Shown here: piece after piece, positions 13,019-25,722 of the stretch
How positions within the stretch are numbered: the first letter of the stretch is position 1
Layout of the letters: every line of letters starts with the position of its first letter
Source of the DNA: Trichoplax sp. H2
Taxonomy: Eukaryota
Direction of reading: 5' to 3'
Length of the DNA: 64,000 nucleotides
NCBI GenBank assembly: GCA_003344405.1
Contig: NOWV01000013.1
Coordinates: 620,001 to 684,000, forward strand
The notes under the pieces: generated by a model
Seen by the model: only the letters and a program-made list of their open reading frames with translations
What the model was told of the DNA's origin: nothing
The model's database searches: none
Position numbers and translations under genes: made by a program

Positions 13019-14548
13019 TTAGTTAGAGCTATTCCTAGAATTGGAATTAGCAATATCGATGTAGGCTTTCAATTCTTGATCTATCTCCTTCCATATGGTA
13101 ACATACCTTTATAGATATTGCAACATTAACAAGATTAATTGAATAGTGAGAAGATAAAAAGTAGCAATAATAATGCCATTATAGTAGTATTTGTAGTGCA
13201 GATATTATTGACACAATCGCTTTTATCAAATTTATACTAACAGGTGAATAATTAAGATTAAGGTTACATATCCAAATAAAATGTAATATTACCGATACTA
13301 AAATTAAATACTATCGTCACAATAAGTGCAACGGTATGTAATAACTTAAGTAGAATTTCAATTCTAGTTAATACAACGTTTTTAATCGCCTTGTTTAAGG
13401 TAGCCTTGAATACAAGAATACTTACTTTCCAACATCGATAGGGACGCCTTCCTTTGTATATACTGTAAACGTTCCACGCTCGAATAATAAATCATGACCG
13501 ATTGCACCCCATTCAACCATCGATACTTTACCATGAGTAGCTCCTTCTCTTTTCAATGATCGATAAAATTCTGTTATTGCTGTAGGAAAGTGTAAAATTT
13601 AACACCTTAATGCTTACACCAAACATTTCCAACCAAAAGTAAATATGACTTTTGTACTGGCCAGTATTGTATTCTTCTTAACCCATTTAATGATATTATC
13701 GAAGCAATTGCTTTTTAAATTCATTAAAGGTAATTGTGTCAATAAAGAAAGCCCAAGAATGGGTGCTGATAATACCAAATGGTTAAAGTAATTTAGTTAT
13801 CTGGCATTAAAAATATATTTTATCTTACACAGCATCCACCTTAATTATTCGGCGCATACTACTCGCAAACGTTTATCATTTCGAATGAATCGCGGGCCAT
13901 TAGCTGATCTCTTTAACTATTTTATAATTCATATTAATCACGAAAAAATGTTGTATAAATCTTAGGGACTGTCCTATTCCGACTTTACGACTGATATAAT
14001 AATTAAATTAAAAAATTAGTGGCATTGTTGGTAGTACCAGGTACTAGGAGGCAGTAGTAGGTATACATGATTTTTTAAAATAGGATGGATGGTCAAGGTA
14101 TGTAAATATTATATACGTGTATGCAGTTTGGTACCAAGGAAAGAACATAATTTGGGGCGTATTATGAGATATGCGGTACTATTTAAGAGGACTAGAGTAA
14201 TAATATGTGGTAGTACCTAGAACTACACTTGAGATTATAACTTTACTGGTTACTACTTTTACCGTCTAACATTACGTGAAATATTGTGACCAAATGATGC
14301 TGTAAATCACACTTTAGTCACTCAAGCATGAATTTCCTACCTTCATTGCCTATGACTGATTCATATCCGTGGGGCATTAAAGTGGCATCGGAAGTATACA
14401 TTGATTTTATCTCATCAAGGTTGTTACTATTCAATGTATCATGAAATTTCTTGCTAGCTTTACTAATCTTATCGCCGATATCGGACTCTGAGCCTACAAC
14501 ATTAAGAGAGAGAATAACACAAAGAGATAGCAGAAATGTTAAGAGCAT
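13019..14548 (-). CDS. Secreted NTF2-like / ketosteroid-isomerase-like (DUF4440/YybH-type) protein, 149 aa; exons 14341-14548, 13426-13579, 13019-13106
   Basis: GT-AG splicing gives a continuous ORF: hydrophobic leader MLLTFLLSLCVILSLNVVG, then MYTSDATLMPHG..VIGNEAITEFY, ERGTFTV..IDVGKYVTIWK..YIDIANSN. The pattern resembles DUF4440/SnoaL-like NTF2 folds; family assigned by motif recognition only. Confidence 0.8.
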
Positions 14549-17500
14549 AAGCTGATTTCTACCCTACACTTTCTAGTACAATTTTAGAAGCGGTAATAAT
14601 TTTTTAGCCGAATAGATCCTTATTGTGAATTCGAATAAACTTGCTTTAACTTAGCTCCATAAAGTATAAATAAGTTATTGTCTGATTATGATAAATCTAA
14701 AGATGCTCAAGTTAAGAAAATTTATCGGTAAATCATTTTCAGGTTACAGCTTTGGAATGCCATTGCTAAGAAATTTTTAACCATACGATCTTTTATATAT
14801 AAATTGTGCAGCAATAGTTTCAACGCATGTGTTACACTAGCATGTCCGGATCTTCATTGCACATAAAATATTTTTCTCATTAAAGAATTGCAATATATAA
14901 ATTTTATATACTGCTGGCAACTATATCATACTGTTTAATTTAATAAAAGTACGACCAAAATGTTTAAATTCCATGAGAAAATCTATCAGATAGAGCAATT
15001 AAAGCCAACAATAAGTTGATTGTAAAAAATAGAGTTCCTAAGAACAGAATCTTTTAAGAACCCTTTTGTAAATCACCATGTAAAAATTTAAGAAATAAAA
15101 AACTAAATTTACATCACCAGTAGATTATATTTAATTAAGAACATAGACTAGTTTTGGTGGTAGCCATATAGGACAACATCAATTGTAGGTGATCAAAATG
15201 TAATCTAACTTGATTATATTCTTATATGTCATGTTTGCGTACGAAAGTAATTGATGTTAGAGACGGACAAAATGATATATACAACTTGTTCTATTTCGTC
15301 ATAAATATTCCGATATCAGGTTTAGAAATATAGAGAACTTTATTAGAGCAAAAATACTTAAGGCGCAACTGATCTAATGTGCTGTATTAAGTACTGAGTT
15401 GAGCGGTCATCGAATTAAATTTATATCGATCTTATCCTTTCTTCCTGTTATGTAAATCAATTTTATATTTAGTACATGGTTTAGAAATCATATAAATCAA
15501 TCTAATTGATGATTATTATCTTATTTTCTACTATAGTTTCCGGGTTAAGCAATACCGAAAACTCTAAGACTTTTACAGCAGTTTAAATTCCTATACATCA
15601 AAAATTTACAATACATTTTATAAACTCCTTTATCTGTATCTGCTCGTTCATTATTATATAATATAATAAATTTAAAATCGCGTTCAATTACACACTTATT
15701 TTTCAGAATTTCTAGCTTAAAGTATCGATGATATAATGCTACACCGCAAAAATATGATAACAAGTACTCTTGCTTTCTACAAAAGTAAATGTATCAATCA
15801 TGGAAATAAGATCTCGATCTGTAGGTATGTCGATATCGGTGATTATTATAAAACATTCTTTTACTGAGAACAGAAACTTCAATAAGAAAAATGACTCATG
15901 AACCTTCTTATGATTAAAAGAGTCACGCTTGTGCAATGTGGATGGTGTAGCCGTTAAGTGCTAATGATATTATGGTAACAGCCTAAGATTTTAATTAAAT
16001 CTTAACCTTAGTTTAACGCTGCAAATTTGCTAAGGTCACAGATTTAAACCTTCGCGTAATAACTATATCGTGTTAATATTAGCTACCGTGAAATATTCAA
16101 ATCAAAGAAAGGTAGCTGCTTACCTGATGCCATACTGCGTCTTGAAAGATTCTAACGGATGGCAGACAAAGGTAGAACTAGCTTTTTAAAGGAGATCTCT
16201 AGGCTTTGATGATTATCTGACCATATGCTACTAATAATATAGAATTGTGTGGAGAGAAAAATTACATAATAAAGAATTAATTAACGGTTCTATATATGTT
16301 GTCACACCAAGTTTGTATCATGCTGCTTTAGTATGAACTTATTTTTCGAAATCCTGCTCTATTAATAATAACTTTATTAGTTTTAACATCGGAAATAACA
16401 ACAAATGATAAATTATATTTTAATTATGGGTTCTCCGATACAGTTCAACTACTGCTGTGCAAACTAAATGAAATTTTTAGATACTGTATATTTATAGTTG
16501 GTGTTATTTTTTAAAACTTGTATATGGATAAATATATTTTCAATGAGTGCTTTTCCACTTTAAAGAAGACGATGCTAAGATATTGACATCTCTTAATATA
16601 AGATTTTTGTATTACTCAACATCTTTAAGCCATATTATATGTTGGGGCATTTTAGTCAATATTGGGAACGTATTGCTGATCAACCGTAGGTTGGATTAAG
16701 CCATCGTTTCAATTATCTGGTGTTCAATACCGCAATAAAAACAATTTTATATAGTAGAATGTTGTTTCAACTTTGCTAAAAATAGCGTTTAAACCAATCA
16801 TATCATTCATCTTAATATATTATTTAATTTATTAATGTCGATGTTTACAATACTAGTCTAACATATTCAGTTGTACATACGTTATGCTTATAATAGGAAT
16901 TAATTAAGAAATTTTTATACTGTAAGTAGAGTGATACCAAGATGTAGCTTTGATACAGAAATGTTTAAATTGCCATAGTTGTTACGTTACGGCAACAATC
17001 TACAGTAAGGGTAATTGCAGCTTCGATGCTAACTCTTAGATTAAACAGAAACTTTTTATATTTTGTAAAGTAAGGTTTTAATAGAGTATCAACGAAGGAA
17101 ACGCTATTGGTATGATCACTGTATATAAAATTTATTATTGAGAGAGTCTGTAAACTATAACCAAAGCTTCCACCTTAAGGAATAGGTATCAGTACTTAAG
17201 AAAGTTACTGTATACAGTACGTACAGTATTATAAGTTTTGGAGCGGAAAATGATATCTAAATGCACATATACACTGTACACAGTGCAAGAAACGAATTTA
17301 TGTTTGAGAATGGATTTCTTCGATATACCTTAAAAATAATAAAGAAATGTTAGAAGTAATATGAACGAATAACGGATTAATGCTTAATATGTTCGTAGTG
17401 TGTTATTTATAAAATGCTGTAGCTATGATTGTTATTTAAAAAATTTCCGGTGTTGTATGTTCTTTGATAATAGCTTATTGATATTAACTTTGAATTCCAA

Positions 17501-19660
17501 TCATCAACAGTCATGGAATCCTATTGTGATAAATGTTGATATTGCCACCTTCCACTGCTAGTATTGTTTGTGCGATTAAATATATTATACTTGGATACTG
17601 ATATAGAGTTCAAGGAGAACACACTTTCTGTCTGTTCTCTCCACAGGTATGTACATTATTTTCATTTATAATAAAATTGATTGATTGCAAGAAAGAATTC
17701 TTGTTAATACGCATATAATACTTGAAATTTGATCTGCTTGTAATATTCATCTTAAGGCAACATTTATTAGTCAATCATACCGTAGAATTGTTTTCGTCTT
17801 TCAAGCTATTGTGAAATATTATAGATATATTTTGGAGTCTGCTTTAGTAAAATTTTAATTATTTATATTTATGTAGTTGTAAGGGATACTTACCAAATAT
17901 TACGTAGTCCATCTATTGAGGATATAGACATGTACCAAGTGTAATTATTTTCTACTTTATAGAATTAATGCCCATGCTATCAATAAATGAATCAGATTAT
18001 TTGTATAATTTTCGTTTTATTACATGCATGATTACGTCAATCGTATAAATCATGAGTTATAATATTTATTTAAGCAGTGGTTTGTACCTTTGCAATATAT
18101 TTTACATTTTACTAGAAGACTACATTACCATTATATGTGTACGTATTAGTCCGATTTATGGACCTATAATAGATTTAGATAGTCTAGCTTCGCAAATATA
18201 AATATATCGATCACACATACGGCATACAAAATACGGGTGTGAAAATTGTGAATTAGAATAGTTTTTTCAAAAGTATACTTTTCGATGTGCTACTTCAGCT
18301 GCAGATCTCAACTGTGAAATGTTACCAATTTTTAGTAGTGTATAATAGTATTTTTATTCAGACCCTCTTAAAGTACTTTATACTTCTTTTGTTTACCGTT
18401 TCATTACAACTATTCTTATACCCCATAACGTATTAGTATGTTAATGATTCTTCATTTTTTTTATAGTTTATTAAGAACTTACACAATTTCAGCATAAATA
18501 TGGGGTATATAACTGATATAGAAATAGACATAGTGTAGAGATCAAATACGGTTCAATAGCCATTCACATGGCATTTTTACCACAATTTTGAGGCATATAA
18601 TAGGTAATAAATCTGAAATTTTCCTAATTTCTGTAGTATTAAAGTAGCATAATCTCCCTATATTATCGTAAATTTGCAAGTATACTGTGGTATATATACT
18701 TATGTGAGCATAATAACATATTCTAGAAAGAAATTTTACTTACAGTTCCAATCGTATTATTTTAATAGCGCTTAAATCATGCACTTGAATAATAGCATAT
18801 TATTGTACCTTGATGCTCCTTCAGCACTTTAATAACTTACTCATGATTTTAGATACAATAGTTTATTATTGTGAATAGATTTATATCCGTATGATGCTAC
18901 GATCTAGATTTATAGTATACTGCGTTTACTACAGAAACCAGAAACTGTCATTATCTTGTATATTTGTACTTATAGTCAAGAATCGCGTGCTAAAATGATA
19001 ACTAGAAAACATTTGCATGAGCCTTTAGTAATACCGTAGTCATCATTGTCTAACACATAAACTGCTTGGATATTATAGCAAATATTTCTATTCCTCACTA
19101 TGATACTATGTAATACCCCGATAATTAGTGCACAAATGATGGATAATTACTGTAGCAATACAGTAATTATAGAACTCCTAGTAGGAATAGAAATAATATT
19201 CTATAGTAATGATAATACTCCAATTATACTATCATTTTATTCTATCAGAAACCATAGTAACGCATCAATGTTTGCTAATTTATTCATGTTCATATAATAT
19301 TTGTTGCAGGGATCTTTATTATGTACACATAATAAGGCGAAAAATCTCTTTGTTACTTTTATAGTAACAGCTATACGCTGCGATTATGGTACTGCAGTGA
19401 TCGCAGTTTTTTTTAACACAGTAGATTTCCTTTGGAGTATCTTAGTTGAATATTAGTTCACTGGGCCATCAATATAAGGTGAATAGCATTTTGTATAAGT
19501 TAGTATAGATCTTGGTAATCGAAGTACTTAATGTTTTTCTTAAATATAGTAAGTAAATAGGACAACCAAGACATATTATTGACTTGATGGTATCGTTAGT
19601 AACAAAATTTTAATTACATTTAGTTTCAGTTAACATAAAGAACATAGGATATAAATTATA

Positions 19661-22492
19661 ATGGCATCAAGTGCAAAAGAACGTATGTTGGGACATTTAA
19701 AAGAGCAGCGTTTTCAGCCAGCAAGAGATCAGCTAACCCCTCAGGATGTTCAAGATTTAAAAATTGTTTTTGATGCATTTGATGTTACCAATAATGGGTA
19801 GGTAAATTATGTGAGACAGTTTTTTTTGTGCTTATTCATGATAAGGGATATCATATTCAAATTATTATATATTAGGTCTAGTCAATAGTACACATGCCCA
19901 CAGTTTTTAAAATGATAATTTGATGTAGCTGTAGGTAATATTAACGTTATTATTATTTCGATTACTCTAGTTTTGTAGTCTTGCGCTCATAGCTTTGAGT
20001 GTTAGCTGTTAGGAGAATCTTTAGTATTTTTTTTATGAGACAACAACGCAACGGCTACGAATTAGTTTATGATATAATACCTAATTACTCTAAAGTACTA
20101 CACTCATAAGTTATTTTATAAAGTCGGTTCTGAACATAACGTTAAGGAAAAAATTTGGAATGTATTTTGCGATGAAGTAGCCTTGAAAGGATTGATGTAA
20201 TCGTTTTATCGATGCAATAATAAGTTTTATTTGGAAATGGCGGATTATATTTATTATGGTACAAGAATTTTCTGTGATTACAATAATATCAAGAAATCGT
20301 GCTCAATACTATCTTAAGTCAACTAGAGCTGTTTTCTGTGTCGTATGGACATACTCATTCTCAAATAGTAATCCTTTGCTGGCTATAGCTATCAAATAGG
20401 AATTAGACAAAAAAGATAGAGAAAGTTAATAAACTTAATTATGAGTCGAAAATTTATATCCTGATGTTTATTCGTAATTTTAGAAGTGTGTATATCATGT
20501 AAAATGTCTTCTAGTGATTTAAATTAATAAAATAGTTTTATTTGATGACGTTAATTGTAGGCGTATAGATACTCGAGATTTAACGCGTGCCTTAAGGGCC
20601 CTAGGATTCAAAGTAACAAAGAAAGATATAATCGAAATGATGAGTAAGGATAACTATATTAAAATAATTCATTAAAGTAGAGTTGTAATATATTATCACA
20701 TGAAATGTCGGATTACTGTACCTATGCACTCTATTGTTGTGGATTGAAAGCTGTTGCGTAATTTAGGAGATAGCTCTTATAATTTACTAGTAATCTTTGA
20801 TATAGTCCGCAAAGAGATGGTAAAACTATCATCTTTTTTTCTATTAAATTACTTTTATATATTTATACTTTTCTATAATAGCTATTTTTACTTATTTATT
20901 AATTGCAGAGATTTTTGGTATCGTTACATCGACTGTATTATCATAAGTGTATAGTAAATGCCAGGCTCATACAAAAATCCGTTATTTACGTATTACAAAT
21001 AATATTTTAAATCTTGATAAAGTTTTTTTACTTCAACTTCACTTGTCATCTTGGTGCTTGCTTTTCATTCTGATGTAGGATGTTGTTGCATAATATAAGG
21101 TTGATGTAAAAACAATTTAATATTAAAAGAATGGAATACCTTAAGAATTTGTGGTTACTGATTAACTTATTAATAATGTAATCGTATTAATATAAATACA
21201 CTAACAGTAAGGTAACCGTAAAGTGTATCAAAACGATATTAAGTATGCCTTATTTCTCTGTTTTATATTGTCCATTACGTTCTATTTAGCCGACTATGGA
21301 TTAGACGATAAAAGGTAGGGCTTCTAATTAAATTCACTGTTTACAGCATATTCTCATTTTCCAAGTTTTACTCTGTATTGATAAATGGCGAACTTTCGCT
21401 CTTGCTATCTGATCGTACTATCTATAATTAAAATAGGCTAAAGTGCTCACCCTTAGCACTGTACTTTTTTAGTAATACACGTATGAAGATTCGTATGCAG
21501 CTTGTACTAAGATATTGAAAATTTTAAAATTATTTACACAACTCTTTTATTACTATTATATAGCAAAATTGAATTTGACGATTTCCTACGATTTGTAATT
21601 GATCGACAAGGTGAAAGTCGTGATATTAAAGAAGAATTAGCTCAGGTAATTCGTTAGCTAGGCATAATAGCAAACTTTCAACTATCGGAATGAACAGTAC
21701 ACTTGTAATTTTTGAACATACAGTGCAATAGTAGTATACTCGTAGTATTTTGCATATCAAGATAAACCTTGAAAGTGTTCGTTTCAGTTAAGATTTTTGA
21801 TGATGTATTTAATGAAATCGATCGATATTATAAGATGGCGGTTATAAAATTTTGCTATACTCGTACCTGTACACTATACAAGTATCAGTAGGTTTATCTT
21901 TTGCACTGTCTCTATCGATGCTTATACATGTACCAAAAGATTGATTTAAAGAATAATGCGCTACTGGCCAGTAGCGTATATGTAACTGATTTATAGCAAG
22001 ATTTATGTAAACTGTAATGATGAGTAAGAGATTATGCATATCATAATATTATAGTTAAAGATAGCATAACAATAATGATACTAGGATATCATTAACGCTT
22101 TTAAATACTATTTTATACCTAGGGATTCAAAATGTTTGATGTAGGTAAGTGTAGAGCAGATAGATACGACTGGTAACCAACGATCAGTTCATAGTTTTAT
22201 AGTATTTCGTTGGTGTACATTAAGATAAACTAAGTTGAGGCTAAGTATTTAAATACATATTGAATTATTTCTAGATGATACTGGCAAGATTACCACTCAG
22301 ACGTTGCGTAAAATATGTCAAGAGATAGGAGAGAGTTTTACGGATCAAGAATTACGGGATATGATTAATGAGGCGGATCAAGATGGCGATAATGCTGTCG
22401 ATGTCGATGAATTTACATCAATTATGCTCAAAACAAATCTATTTAATATGCCTGATTTAGCCGATCAGTTGAATCCAAGTTTGATGAAGTAA
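19661..22492 (+). CDS. Centrin/caltractin-like EF-hand protein; exons 19661-19797, 20561-20643, 21290-21314, 21564-21645, 22123-22144, 22275-22492
   Basis: The spliced product contains LTPQDVQDLKIVFDAFDVTNNGRIDTRDLTRALRALGF, IEFDDFL, EELAQGFKMFDVDDTGKIT..LRKICQEIGESFTDQELRDMINEADQDGDNAVDVDEFTSIMLKTNLF, a centrin-type four-EF-hand layout. It includes 25-nt and 22-nt microexons. Confidence 0.9.
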
Positions 22493-23556
22493 TGCTTCTA
22501 TACCATATTGTATGAAATATTTCTATATTGATTATGATGTGGTTTGCTAGCCATCTTAGGCGAGACGAAGGTTTGATAAATTTCGATGGTTTTAAACAAT
22601 TTTGAAGTGATTTATACTCCTTTGTATACATGCTGTATAGCTATACATATATAGTGCAACAAATATAGATTCAGATATCCTTGCTGGAAATGAAATACAG
22701 CTATAAACCTATTTACTGGTATTAATGTACATAGCAATATATCATTTCGATAATTCAGACAAACTGACAAAAATAAGATATTTTTAATAGTTTATTTAGC
22801 TTTCATTTTTCATTTCTACATGGCGCTGTGCTATACGCATACAGTGCTCCTTTTGATTGTGATGTTGATAAAGTTATTTCTGATTTATATGTTCTAAATT
22901 GGTTGTTAAGCATCACATCACGATGCATCATTTTACCGGAGAAAATATCTGTTGATTTAACATAGGATTCTATTACATGCTAGTTCACTTTACAAAGCAA
23001 TAAAACAAGTTCTTGTGGATATAAATGCTACTATTTTATAGGATGTACTATTTTGAACTGTCTTTAGAATTTGCCTTTATTATTCTAGTACTTTTTCTTA
23101 CTGATTATAACTAATTACAAGCAATTTGTTAGCCGGTTTGCGATTGCACAATGTACAGTATAGTATGAATCAAATTGAATCACTATCCGAGATCAATACA
23201 GTCTTGCCGTTATCATGCTGCTAACTAATTCAATCATGTGAATATTCTTAATGTAATAATTCTATTTTACCTGACTGGCATAAAAAGTAATGGAAACATT
23301 TTATTCCACTGATCCAGACGCGACTGTACGAGCCCGTGAGTACTTACGATCATTGAGTAAAGAAGTACGAATCCGAGAGAGATGTGATATTGTATACTAT
23401 AGTGTGGAGTATTCAGTATGTTGGTATCAGAATATCGATTTATTTTGAAGGATTTGCTATTAAAGTCTTCGGGTCAATATTTCAAAGAAAGCATTGTAAA
23501 AATTAAATTAGAATACAAGTGCTCTACTGGCTGATGCTCCATGGATGTTAATGAAC

Positions 23557-25000
23557 AAAGATTTGTTAGGCATGACTATCCGGATACAGTAGTAAACCGC
23601 TATTACGACATGACTTGTGTGATAACCAAGCTAATTTTAAGTAGGCAAAGTGATTACTTTGACTAGTTTCATCTTCCTGAAGGTACTGTAGATCAGCAAA
23701 AGGATTGATTTGTATTGGAAATTTTAAGGAAGGAACTCAATTTTGCGAATAAAGATTTGCTAGGCATGACTATTCGTATGCAGTAGTCGATGACTATTAC
23801 AGTGTAACTTGTATGATAACCAGGCCAATTCTCAGAAGGCAAAGTGACTACTTTGAGTAGTTTCACCTTGCTGAATGTGCTGTAGATCAGCGTTTCGTAA
23901 AAGGATTGATTTGTATTGGAAATTGCAAAGAAAGATTTGCTAGGCATGATTACGGTATGACTTGTATGATAACCAAGCCAATTCTAAGAAGGCAAAGTGA
24001 CTGCCTTGATTAGTTTCACCTTGCTGAATGTACTATCGATCAACGTTTGGTGAAAGGATTGGTTTGCATTTTGCAAAGAAAGATTTGCTAGGCATGATTA
24101 CGGATGATAATCAAGCCAATTGTAAGTAGGCAAAGTGACTACTTTGATTAGTGTCTCCTTGCTGAATGTACTATCGATCAACGTTTGGCGAAAGGATTGG
24201 TTTGTATTGGAAATTGGAAAGAAGTAAGCCAATTTTACCCCGTTGTCCATTAGTTGGATTAGTTTCACCTTGCTGAATGTACTATCGATCAACGTTTGGT
24301 GAAAGGATTGGTTTGCATTTTGCAAAGAAAGATTTGCTAGGTATGATTACGGATGATAACCAAGCCAATTGTAAGTAGGCAAAGTGACTACTTTGATTAG
24401 TGTCTCCTTGCTGAATGTACTATCGATCAACGTTTGGCGAAAGGATCGGTTTGTATTGGAAATTGGAAAGAAGTAAGCCAATTTTACCCCGTTGTCCATT
24501 AGTTGGATTAGTTTCACCTTGCTGAATGTACTATCGATCAATGTTTGGTGAAAGGATTGGTTTGCATTTTGCAAAGAAAGATTTGCTAGGCATGATTACG
24601 GATGATAACCAAGCCAATTGTAAGTAGGCAAAGTGACTACTTTGATTAGTGTCTCCTTGCTGAATGTACTATGGATCAACGTTTGGCGAAAGGATTGGTT
24701 TGCATTTTGCAAAGAAAGATTTGCTAGGTATGATTACGGATGATAATCAAGCCAATTGTAAGTAGGCAAAGTGACTACTTTGATTAGTGTCTCCTTGCTG
24801 AATGTACTATCGATCAACGTTTGGCGAAAGGATTGGTTTGTATTGGAAATTGGAAAGAAGTAAGCCAATTTTACCCCGTTGTCCATTAGTTGGATTAGTT
24901 TCACCTTGCTGAATGTACTATCGATCAATATTTCGCCAAAGGATTGGTTTGTATTGGAAATTTGAAAGAAGTAAATTGAATTTTGCCCCGTTGTCCATTA
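23557..25000. repeat. Tandem array with a 249-bp higher-order unit built from related ~138 and ~111 bp subunits
   Basis: The anchor GATTTG(C/T)TAGG occurs at about 23560, 23754, 23934, 24082, 24331, 24580 and 24718. Both subunits share CCTTGCTGAATGTACTATCGATCAACGTTTGG(C/T)GAAAGGATTGGTTTG; leftmost copies are more diverged. Confidence 0.95.
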
Positions 25001-25722
25001 GCAACTCCCATCGATCGACTAAAATAACTCCTCAACACTGTAGTAAAAATGGATCAAACTACCAAGGGCCAATATTACTCAACATTGTCATGATCCATTT
25101 ACGTGCAATTGGAGCCATCTTAAAGTCAATACTCAATCTTTCCAATTTCAAGATGTAATTTTGAGCTAAAAGCGCTTTTAACCCATCAGACAAGATGGAG
25201 GTAGGAGGCGTGACAACATCGAGTGCCGATGATCACAACGGACTGCTCTCCTACTCAGTACAGTTGATACCGGTAGAGTATAGGAGGTCAGAGTCAAATG
25301 AAAAGCCATGTGCTTATATTGGGTATACCGTGTACGATACGGTAACGTAAGCTAAGGGTAAAGTACTGCAGCGAAGGAGTTGAGCAAGGCCTCAAATGAA
25401 TCGATCTTCTTCTTGGCAAAGCAAAGGTAGTTGGAGGCTGTGGCGAGTGGATGATGGAGCGATTTCAAGCTTGATTTTAACTCGGAGTACGTTTGAGAAG
25501 CATTCAGAATATTTTCTAAGTAAAAAGGGCAACGGAAGAGACCTACTGTAATCCATCCATACTGTATTGGCTGAAGATTAGAGGTGCAAGCGATCGATCA
25601 ACCACCTCCATTACACGATCGACAACCGGCTGGACGACATCTATCGAAAGACACGAGTAGCAACAATAATTTCATTTCCTACTACAATTCTTGGGTATAG
25701 CTGTGAATAAACAACTGTAAAG

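Noticed and set aside
14600-19600. Possible exon fragments in the long AT-rich interval (e.g. ~17610-17646, ~18467-18603)
   Set aside because: In-frame stops and no recognisable protein; no gene model could be built.
23693-25158. Repeated 64-84 aa ORFs
   Set aside because: By-products of the 249-bp tandem array.
25681-25694. ACTACAATTC resembling the ZNF143/THAP11-associated motif near the UTP20 start
   Set aside because: Only a partial match (lacks the CCC), single occurrence here, and very close to the ATG.
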